Of a DNA stretch of 64,000 bases, positions 28,785-39,411 are shown piece by piece. Source of the DNA: Kiritimatiellia bacterium (GTDB taxonomy: Bacteria > Verrucomicrobiota > Kiritimatiellia > JAAZAB01); NCBI GenBank assembly GCA_040767085.1, contig JAXGPF010000004.1, positions 96,001-160,000 on the forward strand, read 5' to 3'. Made by a program: the position numbers and the translations under genes. Numbering within the stretch: position 1 is the stretch's first letter; every line of letters begins with the position of its first letter. The notes beneath the pieces were generated by a model. It was not told where the DNA came from. It worked only from the letters and a program-made list of their open reading frames with translations, and searched no databases.

Positions 28785-30540
28785 TATTCTGCAAATATTT
28801 GCCGGGCGCCGGCGCGCCATCCGCGCGGCGGCGGCACTGTCCGCCTTGGTTGCAACGGCGGTGTTTTACGCCGTCTGGAATGCGCGCCGCCCCGCGGAGC
28901 AGGATTACCCGATCGCCGCCGCCCAGCGCGGACCGCTTACCATTTCCCTCATCGAATCCGGCTCCATTCAGAACAGCCGCAGCGCCATAGTCAAAAACGA
29001 GGTGGCGGGCAATACCACCATCATTTACCTGATCCCCGAAGGTACGCAGGTGAAACAAGGCGATTTACTCGTGGAACTTGACTCCAGCCAGCTCGAAGAT
29101 AACCGCACCAAGCAGCAAATCACCGTTATGAACGCCGAAGCGGCCTTTGTCCGCGCCCGTGAAAACCTGGAAGTCGTGCGTAACCAGAACGAGAGCGATA
29201 TTGCCAAGGCGGAACTGGCCCAGCGGTTCGCCCAGCAGGACCTGGTGAAATACCGGGAAGGTGAATACCCGCGCGAATTGCAGAAAGCCGAGTCGGACAT
29301 CAACGTCGCCCGCGAAGAACTCCAGCGCGCCCGGGACAAGTTCGAATGGTCTGCGCGCCTGGCCAAGGAAGGCTACCTCACCCGCACGGAACTGCAGGCG
29401 GACGACCTGGCCGCCAAGCGCGCGGAAATCAATCTCGCCCTGGCGGAATCGGCCCTGCAATTGCTCGAAAATTACACCCACCAGCGCAGTCTCGACCAAC
29501 TGACCAGCGACGTTGAGCAGACCGCCCAGGCACTGGAGCGCGTCCGGATCAAAACCGCCGCCGACCTGATCCAGGCCGAAACCGAATTGAAAACCCGCGA
29601 GTCGGAATATAAACGCCAGCAGGCGGAACTGGAAAAGATCGAAAGCCAGATCGAAAAATGCCGGCTCACCGCGCCCGTGGACGGCATGGCGGTTTACGCC
29701 ACCAGCAGCGCAGGCGGGCGCTGGCGCCTCTCCGAACCGCTCCAGGAAGGCCAGCAGGTGCGCGAACGCCAGGACTTGATCCACCTGCCGACGGACGATG
29801 CCATGATCGCGGAAATCAAAATCCAGGAAGCGGCCTTGCGCAAAATCAAGGTCGGCCTGCCGGTCCGGATCACGGCGGACGCCCTGCCCGGGGCCGTTTT
29901 CACCGGCCAGGTCAGCCATATCGCCTTCCTGCCGGACTCCCAAAGCGCCTGGCTGAATCCCAATCTCAAGGTTTACAATACCACCGTCAAGATCGAGGGC
30001 AATGCCGCCCAACTGCGGCCGGGGATGAGTTGCCGGGCCGAAATCATCCTGGCCCGTTACCAGGACGCCATTTTCATCCCCCTGCAATCCGTCACGCGCG
30101 TCGAGGGACAGACCGTCGTTTACCTCCCCGGTTCCCGCGAACCGGAAATGCGGCAGGTTACTATTGGCCTCGACAATAACCGCGTCGTCCATATCCGGGA
30201 CGGATTGCAGGCGGGCGACCTGGTGCTCCTGGCTCCGCCGCTCGCCCCTTCAGCGCAAGGCGAGGACGAACCGGCGCCGGACGATCCGGCGCCCGCGGCG
30301 GAACCGGAAGCCGGCGCGTCGCTGCCGGCCAACGGCAACGGCACACCGCCGGCCGCCGAGCCGGCGGCCAGACCCCGCCCCGCCCGTCCGGCAGACGGAG
30401 CCCGTCCAGCAGACGGAGCCCGTCAGACAGACGGAGCCCGTCCGGCAGGCGGGGCCCGCCAGGCAGGCCCTGCCCGCCAGGCAGGCCCTGTCCGCCAGAC
30501 AGGCCCTGTCCGCCAGCCGCCCCGGGAGGCCGCCCCATGA
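28774..30540 (+). CDS. Efflux periplasmic adaptor (MacA/HlyD-like)
   Basis: EGTQVKQGDLLVELD, LTAPVDG, LRPGMS motifs; long coiled coil. Confidence 0.88.
   Translation: MMNNILQIFAGRRRAIRAAAALSALVATAVFYAVWNARRPAEQDYPIAAAQRGPLTISLIESGSIQNSRSAIVKNEVAGNTTIIYLIPEGTQVKQGDLLVELDSSQLEDNRTKQQITVMNAEAAFVRARENLEVVRNQNESDIAKAELAQRFAQQDLVKYREGEYPRELQKAESDINVAREELQRARDKFEWSARLAKEGYLTRTELQADDLAAKRAEINLALAESALQLLENYTHQRSLDQLTSDVEQTAQALERVRIKTAADLIQAETELKTRESEYKRQQAELEKIESQIEKCRLTAPVDGMAVYATSSAGGRWRLSEPLQEGQQVRERQDLIHLPTDDAMIAEIKIQEAALRKIKVGLPVRITADALPGAVFTGQVSHIAFLPDSQSAWLNPNLKVYNTTVKIEGNAAQLRPGMSCRAEIILARYQDAIFIPLQSVTRVEGQTVVYLPGSREPEMRQVTIGLDNNRVVHIRDGLQAGDLVLLAPPLAPSAQGEDEPAPDDPAPAAEPEAGASLPANGNGTPPAAEPAARPRPARPADGARPADGARQTDGARPAGGARQAGPARQAGPVRQTGPVRQPPREAAP
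30380..30517 (+). repeat. Coding tandem repeats (18-bp then 15/18-bp units) in the adaptor C-tail
   Basis: Encodes RPADGA x3-4 then RQAGPA/RQTGPV. Confidence 0.75.
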
Positions 30541-31241
30541 ACACCGCTGACCAGCCGGCGCTGCCGTTGCTTGTCGAACTCCGCCGGGTCCGCAAACATT
30601 ACACGATCGGCGGCGCCACCGTGCAAGCCCTGGCCGGCGTGGACCTGCAAATCCGGCGGCAGGAATTCTGGGCCATCATGGGCCCCAGCGGCTCAGGCAA
30701 GAGCACGATGCTGAACCTGCTGGGCTGCCTGGACCGGCCCACCGCGGGGCAATACATCCTCAACGGCCACGATGTGAGTTCCCTCGACGACGACGCCTTG
30801 AGCGATATCCGCCTGCGCGAGTTGGGCTTTATTTTCCAGAGTTTTAATCTGATTCCGCAGTTGACCGTCCGCGAAAACATCGAGTTGCCGCTGTTTTACC
30901 TGGGCTGGGATGCGGCCCGTTCCGCCGAACGCGCCGCCGACCTGGCGGCGAAGGTCGGCCTGGGCAACCGCCTCCACCACCGGCCCACGGAATTGTCCGG
31001 CGGCCAGCAGCAGCGCGTGGCCATCGCGCGGGCCCTGGCCAACGACCCGGCCGTGCTGCTTGCCGACGAGCCGACGGGCAACCTCGACACTGCCACCGGT
31101 CAACAGATCATGGATTTCCTGATCCACCTGCACCAGAGCGGCAAAACCATCATCATGGTGACGCATGAACCGGAAGTCGCCGCCTATGCCGCCACCCGCA
31201 TGCACATGCGCGACGGCGTGATTGACCGGATCGAGGCCTGA
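30537..31241 (+). CDS. ABC ATP-binding protein (MacB/LolD type)
   Basis: [18 protein letters not shown] and [10 protein letters not shown] motifs. Confidence 0.94.
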   Translation: MNTADQPALPLLVELRRVRKHYTIGGATVQALAGVDLQIRRQEFWAIMGPSGSGKSTMLNLLGCLDRPTAGQYILNGHDVSSLDDDALSDIRLRELGFIFQSFNLIPQLTVRENIELPLFYLGWDAARSAERAADLAAKVGLGNRLHHRPTELSGGQQQRVAIARALANDPAVLLADEPTGNLDTATGQQIMDFLIHLHQSGKTIIMVTHEPEVAAYAATRMHMRDGVIDRIEA

Positions 31242-31243
31242 CC

Positions 31244-32509
31244 ATGCATCAATCCCGCATCATCCGCAACATCCAACTGGGAATCAACACCCTGATGCTC
31301 CATAAACTGCGCTCCGGCCTGACCGTCCTGGGCGTGGTGTTCGGCGTCGGCAGCGTCATCGCCATGCTGGCCGTGGGCGAAGGCGCCGGCCAGGAAGCCA
31401 TGCGCCAGATTCGCAAACTCGGCAGCAACAACATCATCCTGACTTCCCTCAAACCGACCGCCGACGAGCAAGCCTCCTCGCAACGCACATTCATGAGCAT
31501 CTACGGTCTGCTGCACGAGGATGAAGTGCGCATCCGCGAAACCATCCCCGGCGTCCGCCGCACCGTCCCCGTCAAGCAAATCCGGCGCGAAGGCCGCCTG
31601 GGCGAGCGCGCCCTGGAAATGCGCCTGATGGGCACCACCCCGGACTGGTTCGAACTGGTGAACCGGCCGCTGTTGGCCGGCCGCACCCTGACAGCCGCCG
31701 ACATGCAAAGCTGGTCGCCCGTCTGCGTCCTCACCGAACTGGGCGCGCGGCGCCTGCTGGCCGCCCGGCACACGCTCGGGCAATCCGTGAATATCGGCGG
31801 CGAGTTGTACCAGGTCGTCGGCATCGTGCGCAACGAGGACTCGGAAGGCGGGGTGCAGACCCCCGACCAGCAGACCGACGCCTACATTCCCCTGAACGTC
31901 GCCCTGGCGCAGTACGGCGATGTCTCGATCCGCATCACCGCCGGCACGCAGGAGCGCGAGCTGGTGGAACTGCACATGATCCTGGTGGAAACGCGCTCGA
32001 TTGACGAGGTGGAGCAAACCGCCGCCGCCGTGGAGACCATGCTGCGGACGTTCCACCGCCAGGAGGACTACAAGATCAGCGTGCCGCTGGCGCTGTTGCG
32101 CCAGGCGGAAAACACCAAGCGCACGTTTAATATCGTGCTCGGGTCAATTGCCGGCATCAGCCTGCTGGTCGGCGGCATCGGCATCATGAACATCATGCTC
32201 GCGTCCGTCACCGAACGCACCCGCGAAATCGGCATCCGGCGCGCCATCGGCGCCAAGCGCGGGCATATTGTCGGGCAATTCCTCATCGAAACGATCGTGC
32301 TCTCCATGATTGGCGGGCTGGGCGGGATCGCCCTGGGATTTACCATTCCCTGGCTCATCAGCCAGTTCACCGGCATGCCCACCCTGGTGCCGACCTACGG
32401 CATCGTCCTGTCCATCGGCATCAGCCTGGGCGTCGGCATGATCTTCGGCATCTACCCCGCGCGCCGCGCCGCCAATCTCGATCCGATCACCGCCCTGCGG
32501 CATGAGTAA
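31244..32509 (+). CDS. MacB/FtsX-type ABC permease
   Basis: LLVGGIGIMNIMLASVTERTREIGIRRAIGA motif. Confidence 0.94.
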   Translation: MHQSRIIRNIQLGINTLMLHKLRSGLTVLGVVFGVGSVIAMLAVGEGAGQEAMRQIRKLGSNNIILTSLKPTADEQASSQRTFMSIYGLLHEDEVRIRETIPGVRRTVPVKQIRREGRLGERALEMRLMGTTPDWFELVNRPLLAGRTLTAADMQSWSPVCVLTELGARRLLAARHTLGQSVNIGGELYQVVGIVRNEDSEGGVQTPDQQTDAYIPLNVALAQYGDVSIRITAGTQERELVELHMILVETRSIDEVEQTAAAVETMLRTFHRQEDYKISVPLALLRQAENTKRTFNIVLGSIAGISLLVGGIGIMNIMLASVTERTREIGIRRAIGAKRGHIVGQFLIETIVLSMIGGLGGIALGFTIPWLISQFTGMPTLVPTYGIVLSIGISLGVGMIFGIYPARRAANLDPITALRHE

Positions 32510-32726
32510 GGAGCCCGGCGGGCGGCTTTGCCGGATGGGCCCGTTCCGCCCCCTGCAACACTGCAATTTATCGGGAATGGATGGCGACACACCGATTTGG
32601 ATGGCCGGCCGCGACTGGACCGGATCCTGAGTTTTGTCGAAGGGCCGCGGGCGTAGGTTGCTGGCCTGGAGTACCGGAGATTGCTGCTCTGATTTCCCGG
32701 GCTTCCGCCTGTGTTCATTCCCGATT

Positions 32727-34007
32727 TTAATCCGGTATCACCAACTCGAATTCTTCCCAGCTTGCGCGCGGCGTAAAGTCTTTGCGTTCGGCCATCCGCT
32801 GCCCATGCGATACCTGGACGGTGTAACCGTATTCGGTACGGTCCAGGCGGCCGTCCCGGCCGGCGGCGATATGGATGTCGGTCAGGATCAAGGCGCCGGT
32901 TTCACCCGGCCCCGGGGTGCGGCCGGCGACGCCGGTAATTGCCTGGTAATTGTCGAATTCTCCTGCCGGCATGACGCCGGGCGGGACAATCTTGACCACC
33001 GCGCCCGCCAGCGGCCGCCCGGCGCGGTCGGCGGTCTTGACCACAACATGCCGCTTGGAAACGAAAAAGGCGCCGGGCTGCCCGGAACAGGTCCCCCGAT
33101 CGGCGGCATCGAACTCGCAATCCACGGCCACCAGGCGGCCTTTATGATTCAACGCCCAATCCAGGCGGTTGCCGGCAAAACGGCATTCGCGTAAAACGCC
33201 GTCGCGGGTGACGTCCACGGCCGTGCCGCAATCCTGAAAGGTACAGCCCCGGACCTCCGCCTGGTAAGTGCCGGAGACGGCGACGCCGCATTTTTCAAAA
33301 TGGCTGTTTAAATATGTTCCGCTGCCCAGCATTCGCCCGAACACGCCCTTAACGCCCCGCACCGTGGCGTTGATCAACTCCAGCCGGTCAATCCCGCCCA
33401 TCCAGGCCGTTTCGATCGGCTCATCGCCCCGGCCGGATACCAGGCTGTTGTAAACCAGCAACTGCCCGCCGGCGTTTTTGGAGGAGACGCCGTAAAATCC
33501 GCCTATTACCAGGCGGCAAGGGCCGCGGGCATGTTTTTCCAGCAGCAGCGCGCCATGGATGCCCGGAACATCGGCCACACCCAGTTGCAGCCGGTTGACC
33601 AGGCCGGTCCGGCGCAGCATCCAGAGCTCGGTGGCTTTCCCGGGAGTCAAGTCGCGGTTTTCACCCGCCAGCCAGTTGGGGTACACGCGGAGTTCCCCCT
33701 GCACGATCAGAATTTCATCGGGACAGGCGGCATCGCCGATTTGGAAAAAGGTGCTGCTGCCGTCGTTCCACCCAATGACCAGGTTGGCGGCCACGATGAC
33801 GGTTTTGCCATCGGCATCCGCATGAACGCGCCCCCAGCCGAAAGTCCGGTCAATGCGCGCCAGCATCCGCGGAGTGCAAGGGAAATCCGCCGGGTAATCC
33901 GCCACGTGGATGGTTTCGGTGGCGGGGCAATATTCCACGGCCGGCCGGGCTGGCTGTCCGGCTACGATCATGCTCAATAACACCAGTATCCGGAAGCCGC
34001 TGTTCAT
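32727..34007 (-). CDS. Secreted hypothetical protein (possible beta-helix)
   Basis: Signal peptide; repeated CxFxxCG-type turns; overlaps the upstream gene by 4 nt. Confidence 0.6.
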   Translation of the reverse strand: MNSGFRILVLLSMIVAGQPARPAVEYCPATETIHVADYPADFPCTPRMLARIDRTFGWGRVHADADGKTVIVAANLVIGWNDGSSTFFQIGDAACPDEILIVQGELRVYPNWLAGENRDLTPGKATELWMLRRTGLVNRLQLGVADVPGIHGALLLEKHARGPCRLVIGGFYGVSSKNAGGQLLVYNSLVSGRGDEPIETAWMGGIDRLELINATVRGVKGVFGRMLGSGTYLNSHFEKCGVAVSGTYQAEVRGCTFQDCGTAVDVTRDGVLRECRFAGNRLDWALNHKGRLVAVDCEFDAADRGTCSGQPGAFFVSKRHVVVKTADRAGRPLAGAVVKIVPPGVMPAGEFDNYQAITGVAGRTPGPGETGALILTDIHIAAGRDGRLDRTEYGYTVQVSHGQRMAERKDFTPRASWEEFELVIPD

Positions 34008-37000
34008 GGTTCGAATTCCGTCGGTTCGAGTCCGGATTCAAGTTGCAGGGCGTCGAGGAAGATCGGGCCGGAAGCCTGGATCCGGTCGCCGCCGGCCAGC
34101 AGCAGCATGGCGACGGCTTTATGGTTCCGGTAGCGCGCCGGGATGGTAACCCGCAAATGGTAACGCCGCCAGGTATTGCCGGAGATTTCAACGAATTGCC
34201 GATGCTCGCCTTCGAACATGTCGGACTGGAACCACAACTTGACCGGATCGGCCGATGCCGTCCGCGCGTAAAACGAAAAGACATAGGTTTGGGCCGCGGG
34301 CAGTTGCGGGCCGGTTTTCCAGTAAAGATTGCCGTAGGACCTGGCGATATACAGACATTTTTCGCCATGAAAGGGCTGGTTGGTAGTCAGGCCGACGGCC
34401 GCGCCGGGGGCGCCGATGCGGATGCCCCCGCCCTGGGGCGGACCGTGCGGGATGTAATAATCCGGCCAGCCGGCGACGCTTTCCATCTCAAAACTCGGAT
34501 TCGGCAGAATATTCTTGAAGCCGATCCGGCCCTCGCTGTCATACCCGGATTCCACCGGCCCTTCCGTCCCCTGCGGCGCAATGACGATGGAAATCCGGAC
34601 CGGCCCGCTGCCGGCAATCGCGCTGAAAACATACGAACGCACCCCGCGCGCGGGCAGCGTGTCAACAAACGCTCCATCCTTGATCATGCCGAGTTTTCCG
34701 TCAAACAGGTCGTTCAGGGAGGTGTCCGCCAAGCCCTTGACTGCGGCGGAAATCTCAACCGGGGAGCGCCGGACATTCGCGGCAAGCAGGACATACCGGC
34801 CGTCGGGGAACCGCATCAGGCGGCATTGCACATCCGGAACCTCATCCCGCAGCGGCGCCCAATTGCCGGGGGTATAGGAAATTTCCTGTTCCGGATCGGG
34901 CCCGGCCAGGGCCGGGGTCATGGCGTTGATGCGCTCGGCGACTGTCTTTAATCCCTGCCATTGTCCGGCGGTGTTGATCAATCCGTGTGTGAAATAAATG
35001 ATGCCGCGGGTGCCGTGGATCAATGCCAGGTAGGACTGACAGATTTGTTCCGGGCCGGAAATCATCCGCTTCTGGGACGCGCTCCACAGCGACGACATGG
35101 GGACGGTCCACGGCAGCAAGCCTTTTTCCCGGGCGCGTTTGACCGTGCGCGCCGTCACGCAGGACACCCAGTTGATGCTGCCCCGCGGCGGGTTGCCGCC
35201 GGGAATCCAGTATGGATCGGTGCCCAGCGCATCGGCAAAGTCAGTGTATTTTGCGCCTTCCGGAATTTTGGAGGAATAAATCACAAAGACCGGCCGGTAA
35301 GGATCAACCTCGCGGATGGCGTCAGTCATGCGCGTCAATTCGACCTCCAGGTCGGCTTCCCGGAATTCGGGCGGCTCATCCAGCGTATTGTAGGCCATCA
35401 GGCTCGGCATTTCGCGGATCGCCCTTACATTCGCCAGCATCAGCGGCAGGTGCAGGCCCATCCAGTCCGCGGCGATTTCATTGCGCTGCGCGCGGGTGAG
35501 CCGGTTCCACGGGGTAGCGCCGGCAATGGCCAGGTATTTCCAGTGCAGCAAACCGCGCTCGAGCTTGGCCAGGGCCGCCGCATGTTCCCCGCCGGGAAAA
35601 TACTTTTTCAAACTGGCCATTTCTGCCGCGCGATTGGCGGTTTTTTCCGGACGGACCATCAGCATCAAGCCGTGTTTCCCGGCCAACTCCGCCACCTTGA
35701 CGAAATCGTCGGGAGTCATCGGCTGCGGGTATTTGCCCAGGCCGAGATCGGTCCACCACAAGACCGTGTTGAATCCAGCCGCGGCGATTTCGCGGTATTG
35801 GGCATCGTCCACATCCATGCAGAAACCGAGCGGGAAGAAAGGCTGTCCGTCCCGCAGCAGCATGCCGCCGCGCGCCCGATCAATTTTCCATTCCCGCCCC
35901 GGCGCCGGCGGACATTTGACAAATTCAAAATCCACGTCGAAAATTTTACTCCCGGCGTGATCCTCCAGCGCCAGGTTGAACGCACGGCGGCCGGCCGGAA
36001 TATCCGTGATTGGAAAATTCATGGCGCCTTTGGGCCGGCCAGCCGACTGGCGGGCCAGCGGCTGGCCGGCCTGGCCGCGGATGACAAGGAATTTGCCGGA
36101 CAGGATGTTTTCGGGCATGCCGATTTCGTAAAGCGCGGCGGCGTCGGCTTCGCTGGTGTAATAATTCAGGCGCGTCATGGCGTGCAGGACTTCGAAGCCG
36201 GAGGCATTCCGGATTTGCCAGGTCTGGAACGGCATCCGCGTCCGCGGGTCGAGCAGCACCACGTCAATATCCCGCTGGCCGATCCCCGCCACCGGCACTT
36301 CAACATTCGCCGGAAAAACCTGGCGGGAATTCACGGGAAACAGGCCGGTAAAGCGCCGTTCCGCGCCGGCGGTTTTCTCGATCACCGCCACTTCCACCGT
36401 GCCGGTGGCGGTGGTCATGGCTTGCAAGGTGAGGTTGACGTCATAACACATTTGCCCGTCCGCTTCGCGGAGTTCACCCGCGGTCACACTGCCGGCATTG
36501 ACTACCAGCGGAAAATCCGGCTTCAGCGCGGCATCCAACCCGGTCAACTGCGCCATCTCGGACCGCCTGGTCCATTCGGTGGTTGGCGCGAGTGTGCTGA
36601 CCTGTTCCTCCAAGCCGATTTCCACCGCAAATTGATCATATTTTTTCAACACTTTTTTGCGGAATATGTTCAGCCGCACATCCTTCAAATCGCCGTAGCC
36701 GGCCAGGTCAAACAGGGGAATGGCCAGTTCGGCGGTCCAGCCCGCGGGCGTGACTTGCGTGGCCGAGGGCCAGGAGATGGCGGGTTGCCCGGCCGCGGCG
36801 GAAAGCATGCGCTTGAGTTCATGCGCGTTGTTGAAATTCAGCACGTAACGGAACACCTGGCGGTCATCGTCCAGGCCGGGATTCAGAAATATCTTGATGC
36901 ATTCATCGCCATAAACGTTCCCGCCGAAATTTTCGGTTACCTTGGCGTGCATATCGCCGGCATCCGGGTGCCGGCAGGCGATGGCCAGATAAAGCCATTG

Positions 37001-37258
37001 GCCGTCGGTCAGCATCTGCACCGTCGTATCGGCATTGGGCGTGTAACGCACTTTTTTAAACTCGAAATCGTAAAACGCCGGGCTGACCCAGGCTGTGTCC
37101 CAGCAGGCATCATCCGGAACACCGTCCAGCACCGGCGTGGCATCCGTCAGGGGAACCCGGATTGGCGGCCGGTCAGATGCCCTGGCGGAGAAAATCAGCA
37201 GGGCGGGAAGGAGGGCACAGAAGGCTAGATTGCGGGTGTGCATTTTCATGGTGTTCAT
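34004..37258 (-). CDS. Large secreted carbohydrate-active-like protein (CBM9/DOMON-like, GH-like barrel, CBM4/9-like)
   Basis: PVLDGVPDDACW, WTAELAIP, DGQPFFPLG, YNTLDEP and NILPNPSFE motifs. Confidence 0.7.
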   Translation of the reverse strand: MNTMKMHTRNLAFCALLPALLIFSARASDRPPIRVPLTDATPVLDGVPDDACWDTAWVSPAFYDFEFKKVRYTPNADTTVQMLTDGQWLYLAIACRHPDAGDMHAKVTENFGGNVYGDECIKIFLNPGLDDDRQVFRYVLNFNNAHELKRMLSAAAGQPAISWPSATQVTPAGWTAELAIPLFDLAGYGDLKDVRLNIFRKKVLKKYDQFAVEIGLEEQVSTLAPTTEWTRRSEMAQLTGLDAALKPDFPLVVNAGSVTAGELREADGQMCYDVNLTLQAMTTATGTVEVAVIEKTAGAERRFTGLFPVNSRQVFPANVEVPVAGIGQRDIDVVLLDPRTRMPFQTWQIRNASGFEVLHAMTRLNYYTSEADAAALYEIGMPENILSGKFLVIRGQAGQPLARQSAGRPKGAMNFPITDIPAGRRAFNLALEDHAGSKIFDVDFEFVKCPPAPGREWKIDRARGGMLLRDGQPFFPLGFCMDVDDAQYREIAAAGFNTVLWWTDLGLGKYPQPMTPDDFVKVAELAGKHGLMLMVRPEKTANRAAEMASLKKYFPGGEHAAALAKLERGLLHWKYLAIAGATPWNRLTRAQRNEIAADWMGLHLPLMLANVRAIREMPSLMAYNTLDEPPEFREADLEVELTRMTDAIREVDPYRPVFVIYSSKIPEGAKYTDFADALGTDPYWIPGGNPPRGSINWVSCVTARTVKRAREKGLLPWTVPMSSLWSASQKRMISGPEQICQSYLALIHGTRGIIYFTHGLINTAGQWQGLKTVAERINAMTPALAGPDPEQEISYTPGNWAPLRDEVPDVQCRLMRFPDGRYVLLAANVRRSPVEISAAVKGLADTSLNDLFDGKLGMIKDGAFVDTLPARGVRSYVFSAIAGSGPVRISIVIAPQGTEGPVESGYDSEGRIGFKNILPNPSFEMESVAGWPDYYIPHGPPQGGGIRIGAPGAAVGLTTNQPFHGEKCLYIARSYGNLYWKTGPQLPAAQTYVFSFYARTASADPVKLWFQSDMFEGEHRQFVEISGNTWRRYHLRVTIPARYRNHKAVAMLLLAGGDRIQASGPIFLDALQLESGLEPTEFEP

Positions 37259-37269
37259 TTCAGGAGAGC

Positions 37270-37346
37270 AAATTTCAAAACTTAAGTTTTGAAGTTTAAA
37301 GGTTTACAGTTTTAAGGTTTTACGACATAACACCGAACACTGAACC
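37270..37346. repeat. Degenerate heptamer repeats with inverted arms
   Basis: AAGTTTT/GAAGTTT/AAGGTTT/CAGTTTT followed by AAACACC/GAACACT. Confidence 0.5.
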
Positions 37347-37553
37347 TTGCTTTCAGCCATCATTGCTTTTAATAAGTATGCTTTTTATTGCCGCTAAGCG
37401 TCAACAAAATTTTATCTGGCGCACTTTATCCGCCGTTTCCCCCGATCATGACAAAGCCGCAAACATTGTTTGACTTGGATTACCGGTTGTTTATGATGGA
37501 GGCCATTTCAAAACTCTGACCCTGCACTGAGGAAATCCGCGCCGCGCCCCGAC

Positions 37554-38867
37554 ATGCCTGCACGAAACCATGCCAACCTGCCGCCGTCCGCGGCGGATTT
37601 CACCCGCGCCGAGTCGCGCCGCGGGATGCGGCACGCCATCATGGCTTCCTGCTGGGGCGCGATTCCCCAGATTCTCCTGCGCGACAGCAGCATCATGATC
37701 CTTTTCGCGACGCTGATCGGCGCGGGCGAGATGATTTCCATCGCCACAACGGCCCTGCTGGACATGGCCCAGGCGCTGCTGATTCTGCCTTTCGGCTATC
37801 TTACCGCCCGGACCGGCAAACGCCGGATGATCATCGGCGCCACGCTGGCAGGCATGGCAGCATTTTTACTGAGCACAACGGCGCCCTGGTTCGGCCCGGC
37901 CGCCGGACTGGCGCTTTTGTTATCCCTCTCCGTCTTCGCGACAACGATCGGCGCCTGTAATTCCGCCTGGTTCCCGCTGCTGGATGACATCGTGCCCCCG
38001 GCGGAACGCGGCCTGTTTTTCGGGAACCTGCGTTTTTCCTGGCAGTTGGTGACGGCGATCTTCGTGCTGGCATCCAGCGCCCTGGTGGGCGCGCGGGCCA
38101 GCGTTTCCATGCTGCAAATGGTCATCGCCGCCGCCGGCCTGGCCCTGCTGGGCCGCGCCTGGCACGTCAGCCGCATGCCGGAAAAACCGGCGCCGCCTCC
38201 CGCTGCCTGGCGGGATGTCATAGCCGATATTCTGGCCAATCAGCGCCTGACCAGTTTCGCGGTTTACCTGTTTTTCCTGTACCTGTCGGCCTCGGCCACC
38301 GTGCCGGTGGCCTTCATGTTCGCCAAGCAGGCGCTGGCGTTGCCGGATAACCTGGTGGTTTTCTGTTCGGCCTGCCTGATGGCCGGCCTGATCATCGGCT
38401 ACCAGGCCGGCGGCCGCCTGGTTTACCGGCATGGCGTCAAACGGGTTTTTCTTTCAGCCCACCTGGCTTTCGCCCTTGTCAATTTCCTGCTGCTGCTGGT
38501 GCGCGACGGCAGTTATCACGCCGTGATCCTGCTGATCAGCCTGATTGCGGCATACGGTTTCTTCACCGCCTGCGCCTCGGTGGCGGTCTCCAGCGAGATT
38601 TTCGCGCTGTCGCCGGCCAATAACAAGATCATGTCCATCGGGTTCGGCGTCAGTTTTTACACCGCCGGCATCGGCCTGTCGCGCATTCTGGCTTCCCTGG
38701 TTATCGGCGGCGGCATACTGGCGCCGCATTGGCGCCTGGGCGGCGCGGTCATGACCAAGTACCACGCGCTTTTTATGGTTTACGGCGCCGGGGTGCTGCT
38801 GGCGACCGCGCTGCTGGCGATTGTCCCGGCCATGATCAAGCATGTGCACCGCCTGCCCCCGACCTGA
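37554..38867 (+). CDS. MFS transporter
   Basis: About 12 hydrophobic segments; GYLTARTGKRR motif A variant. Confidence 0.85.
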   Translation: MPARNHANLPPSAADFTRAESRRGMRHAIMASCWGAIPQILLRDSSIMILFATLIGAGEMISIATTALLDMAQALLILPFGYLTARTGKRRMIIGATLAGMAAFLLSTTAPWFGPAAGLALLLSLSVFATTIGACNSAWFPLLDDIVPPAERGLFFGNLRFSWQLVTAIFVLASSALVGARASVSMLQMVIAAAGLALLGRAWHVSRMPEKPAPPPAAWRDVIADILANQRLTSFAVYLFFLYLSASATVPVAFMFAKQALALPDNLVVFCSACLMAGLIIGYQAGGRLVYRHGVKRVFLSAHLAFALVNFLLLLVRDGSYHAVILLISLIAAYGFFTACASVAVSSEIFALSPANNKIMSIGFGVSFYTAGIGLSRILASLVIGGGILAPHWRLGGAVMTKYHALFMVYGAGVLLATALLAIVPAMIKHVHRLPPT

Positions 38868-39023
38868 TTTTGCGGGCGGCGATGCCGCCCCGCCTCTTTA
38901 CGTTTTACGTTTTTGCCGTGTGATTCGGGGATTCCATTGCGCGTATTGCAGGCAGCCGGATGCCGAACACCGTTCGGCCCCTACAGCCACCTGGTTGATC
39001 ATGCCGTAAAAAAGCAAAAACAG

Positions 39024-39051
39024 TTGCATTCCGCGGCGCGCATGCTAGAAT
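39024..39051 (+). promoter_or_regulatory. Promoter of trpR-trpB2
   Basis: TTGCAT-16 nt-TAGAAT with an extended -10 TG. Confidence 0.55.
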
Positions 39052-39094
39052 GACTTTGTTTCTACTTGTAGTAGCATGGCGGAGAACGGACAAC

Positions 39095-39379
39095 ATGGGC
39101 GTGGATGACCTGCGCGAAATCGCCGAAGTGCTCGCGGAAATGCGCCGGCCGGCGGAAGTGCGCGACTGGCTGCAGGCCTTGTTGACGCCCCGCGAACGGG
39201 AGCGCCTCTGCCTGCGCTGGCGCCTGGTATGCCTGCTCGCGGACGGCGTGCCGCAGCGGGAAATTGCCAAACGGCTGGGGATCAGCTTGTGTAAAATCAC
39301 CCGCGGCTCGCGGGAAATCCAGCGCGGCCCCGGCCTGTTCCGCCGGATGGTGCAGCTCCGCGCTGCGTCGCGGCGATAA
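39095..39379 (+). CDS. trpR: Trp repressor family protein
   Basis: [33 protein letters not shown] motifs. Confidence 0.88.
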   Translation: MGVDDLREIAEVLAEMRRPAEVRDWLQALLTPRERERLCLRWRLVCLLADGVPQREIAKRLGISLCKITRGSREIQRGPGLFRRMVQLRAASRR

Positions 39380-39411
39380 AATTTATTCAACCAAACACGA
39401 GGAGCCGGAAA

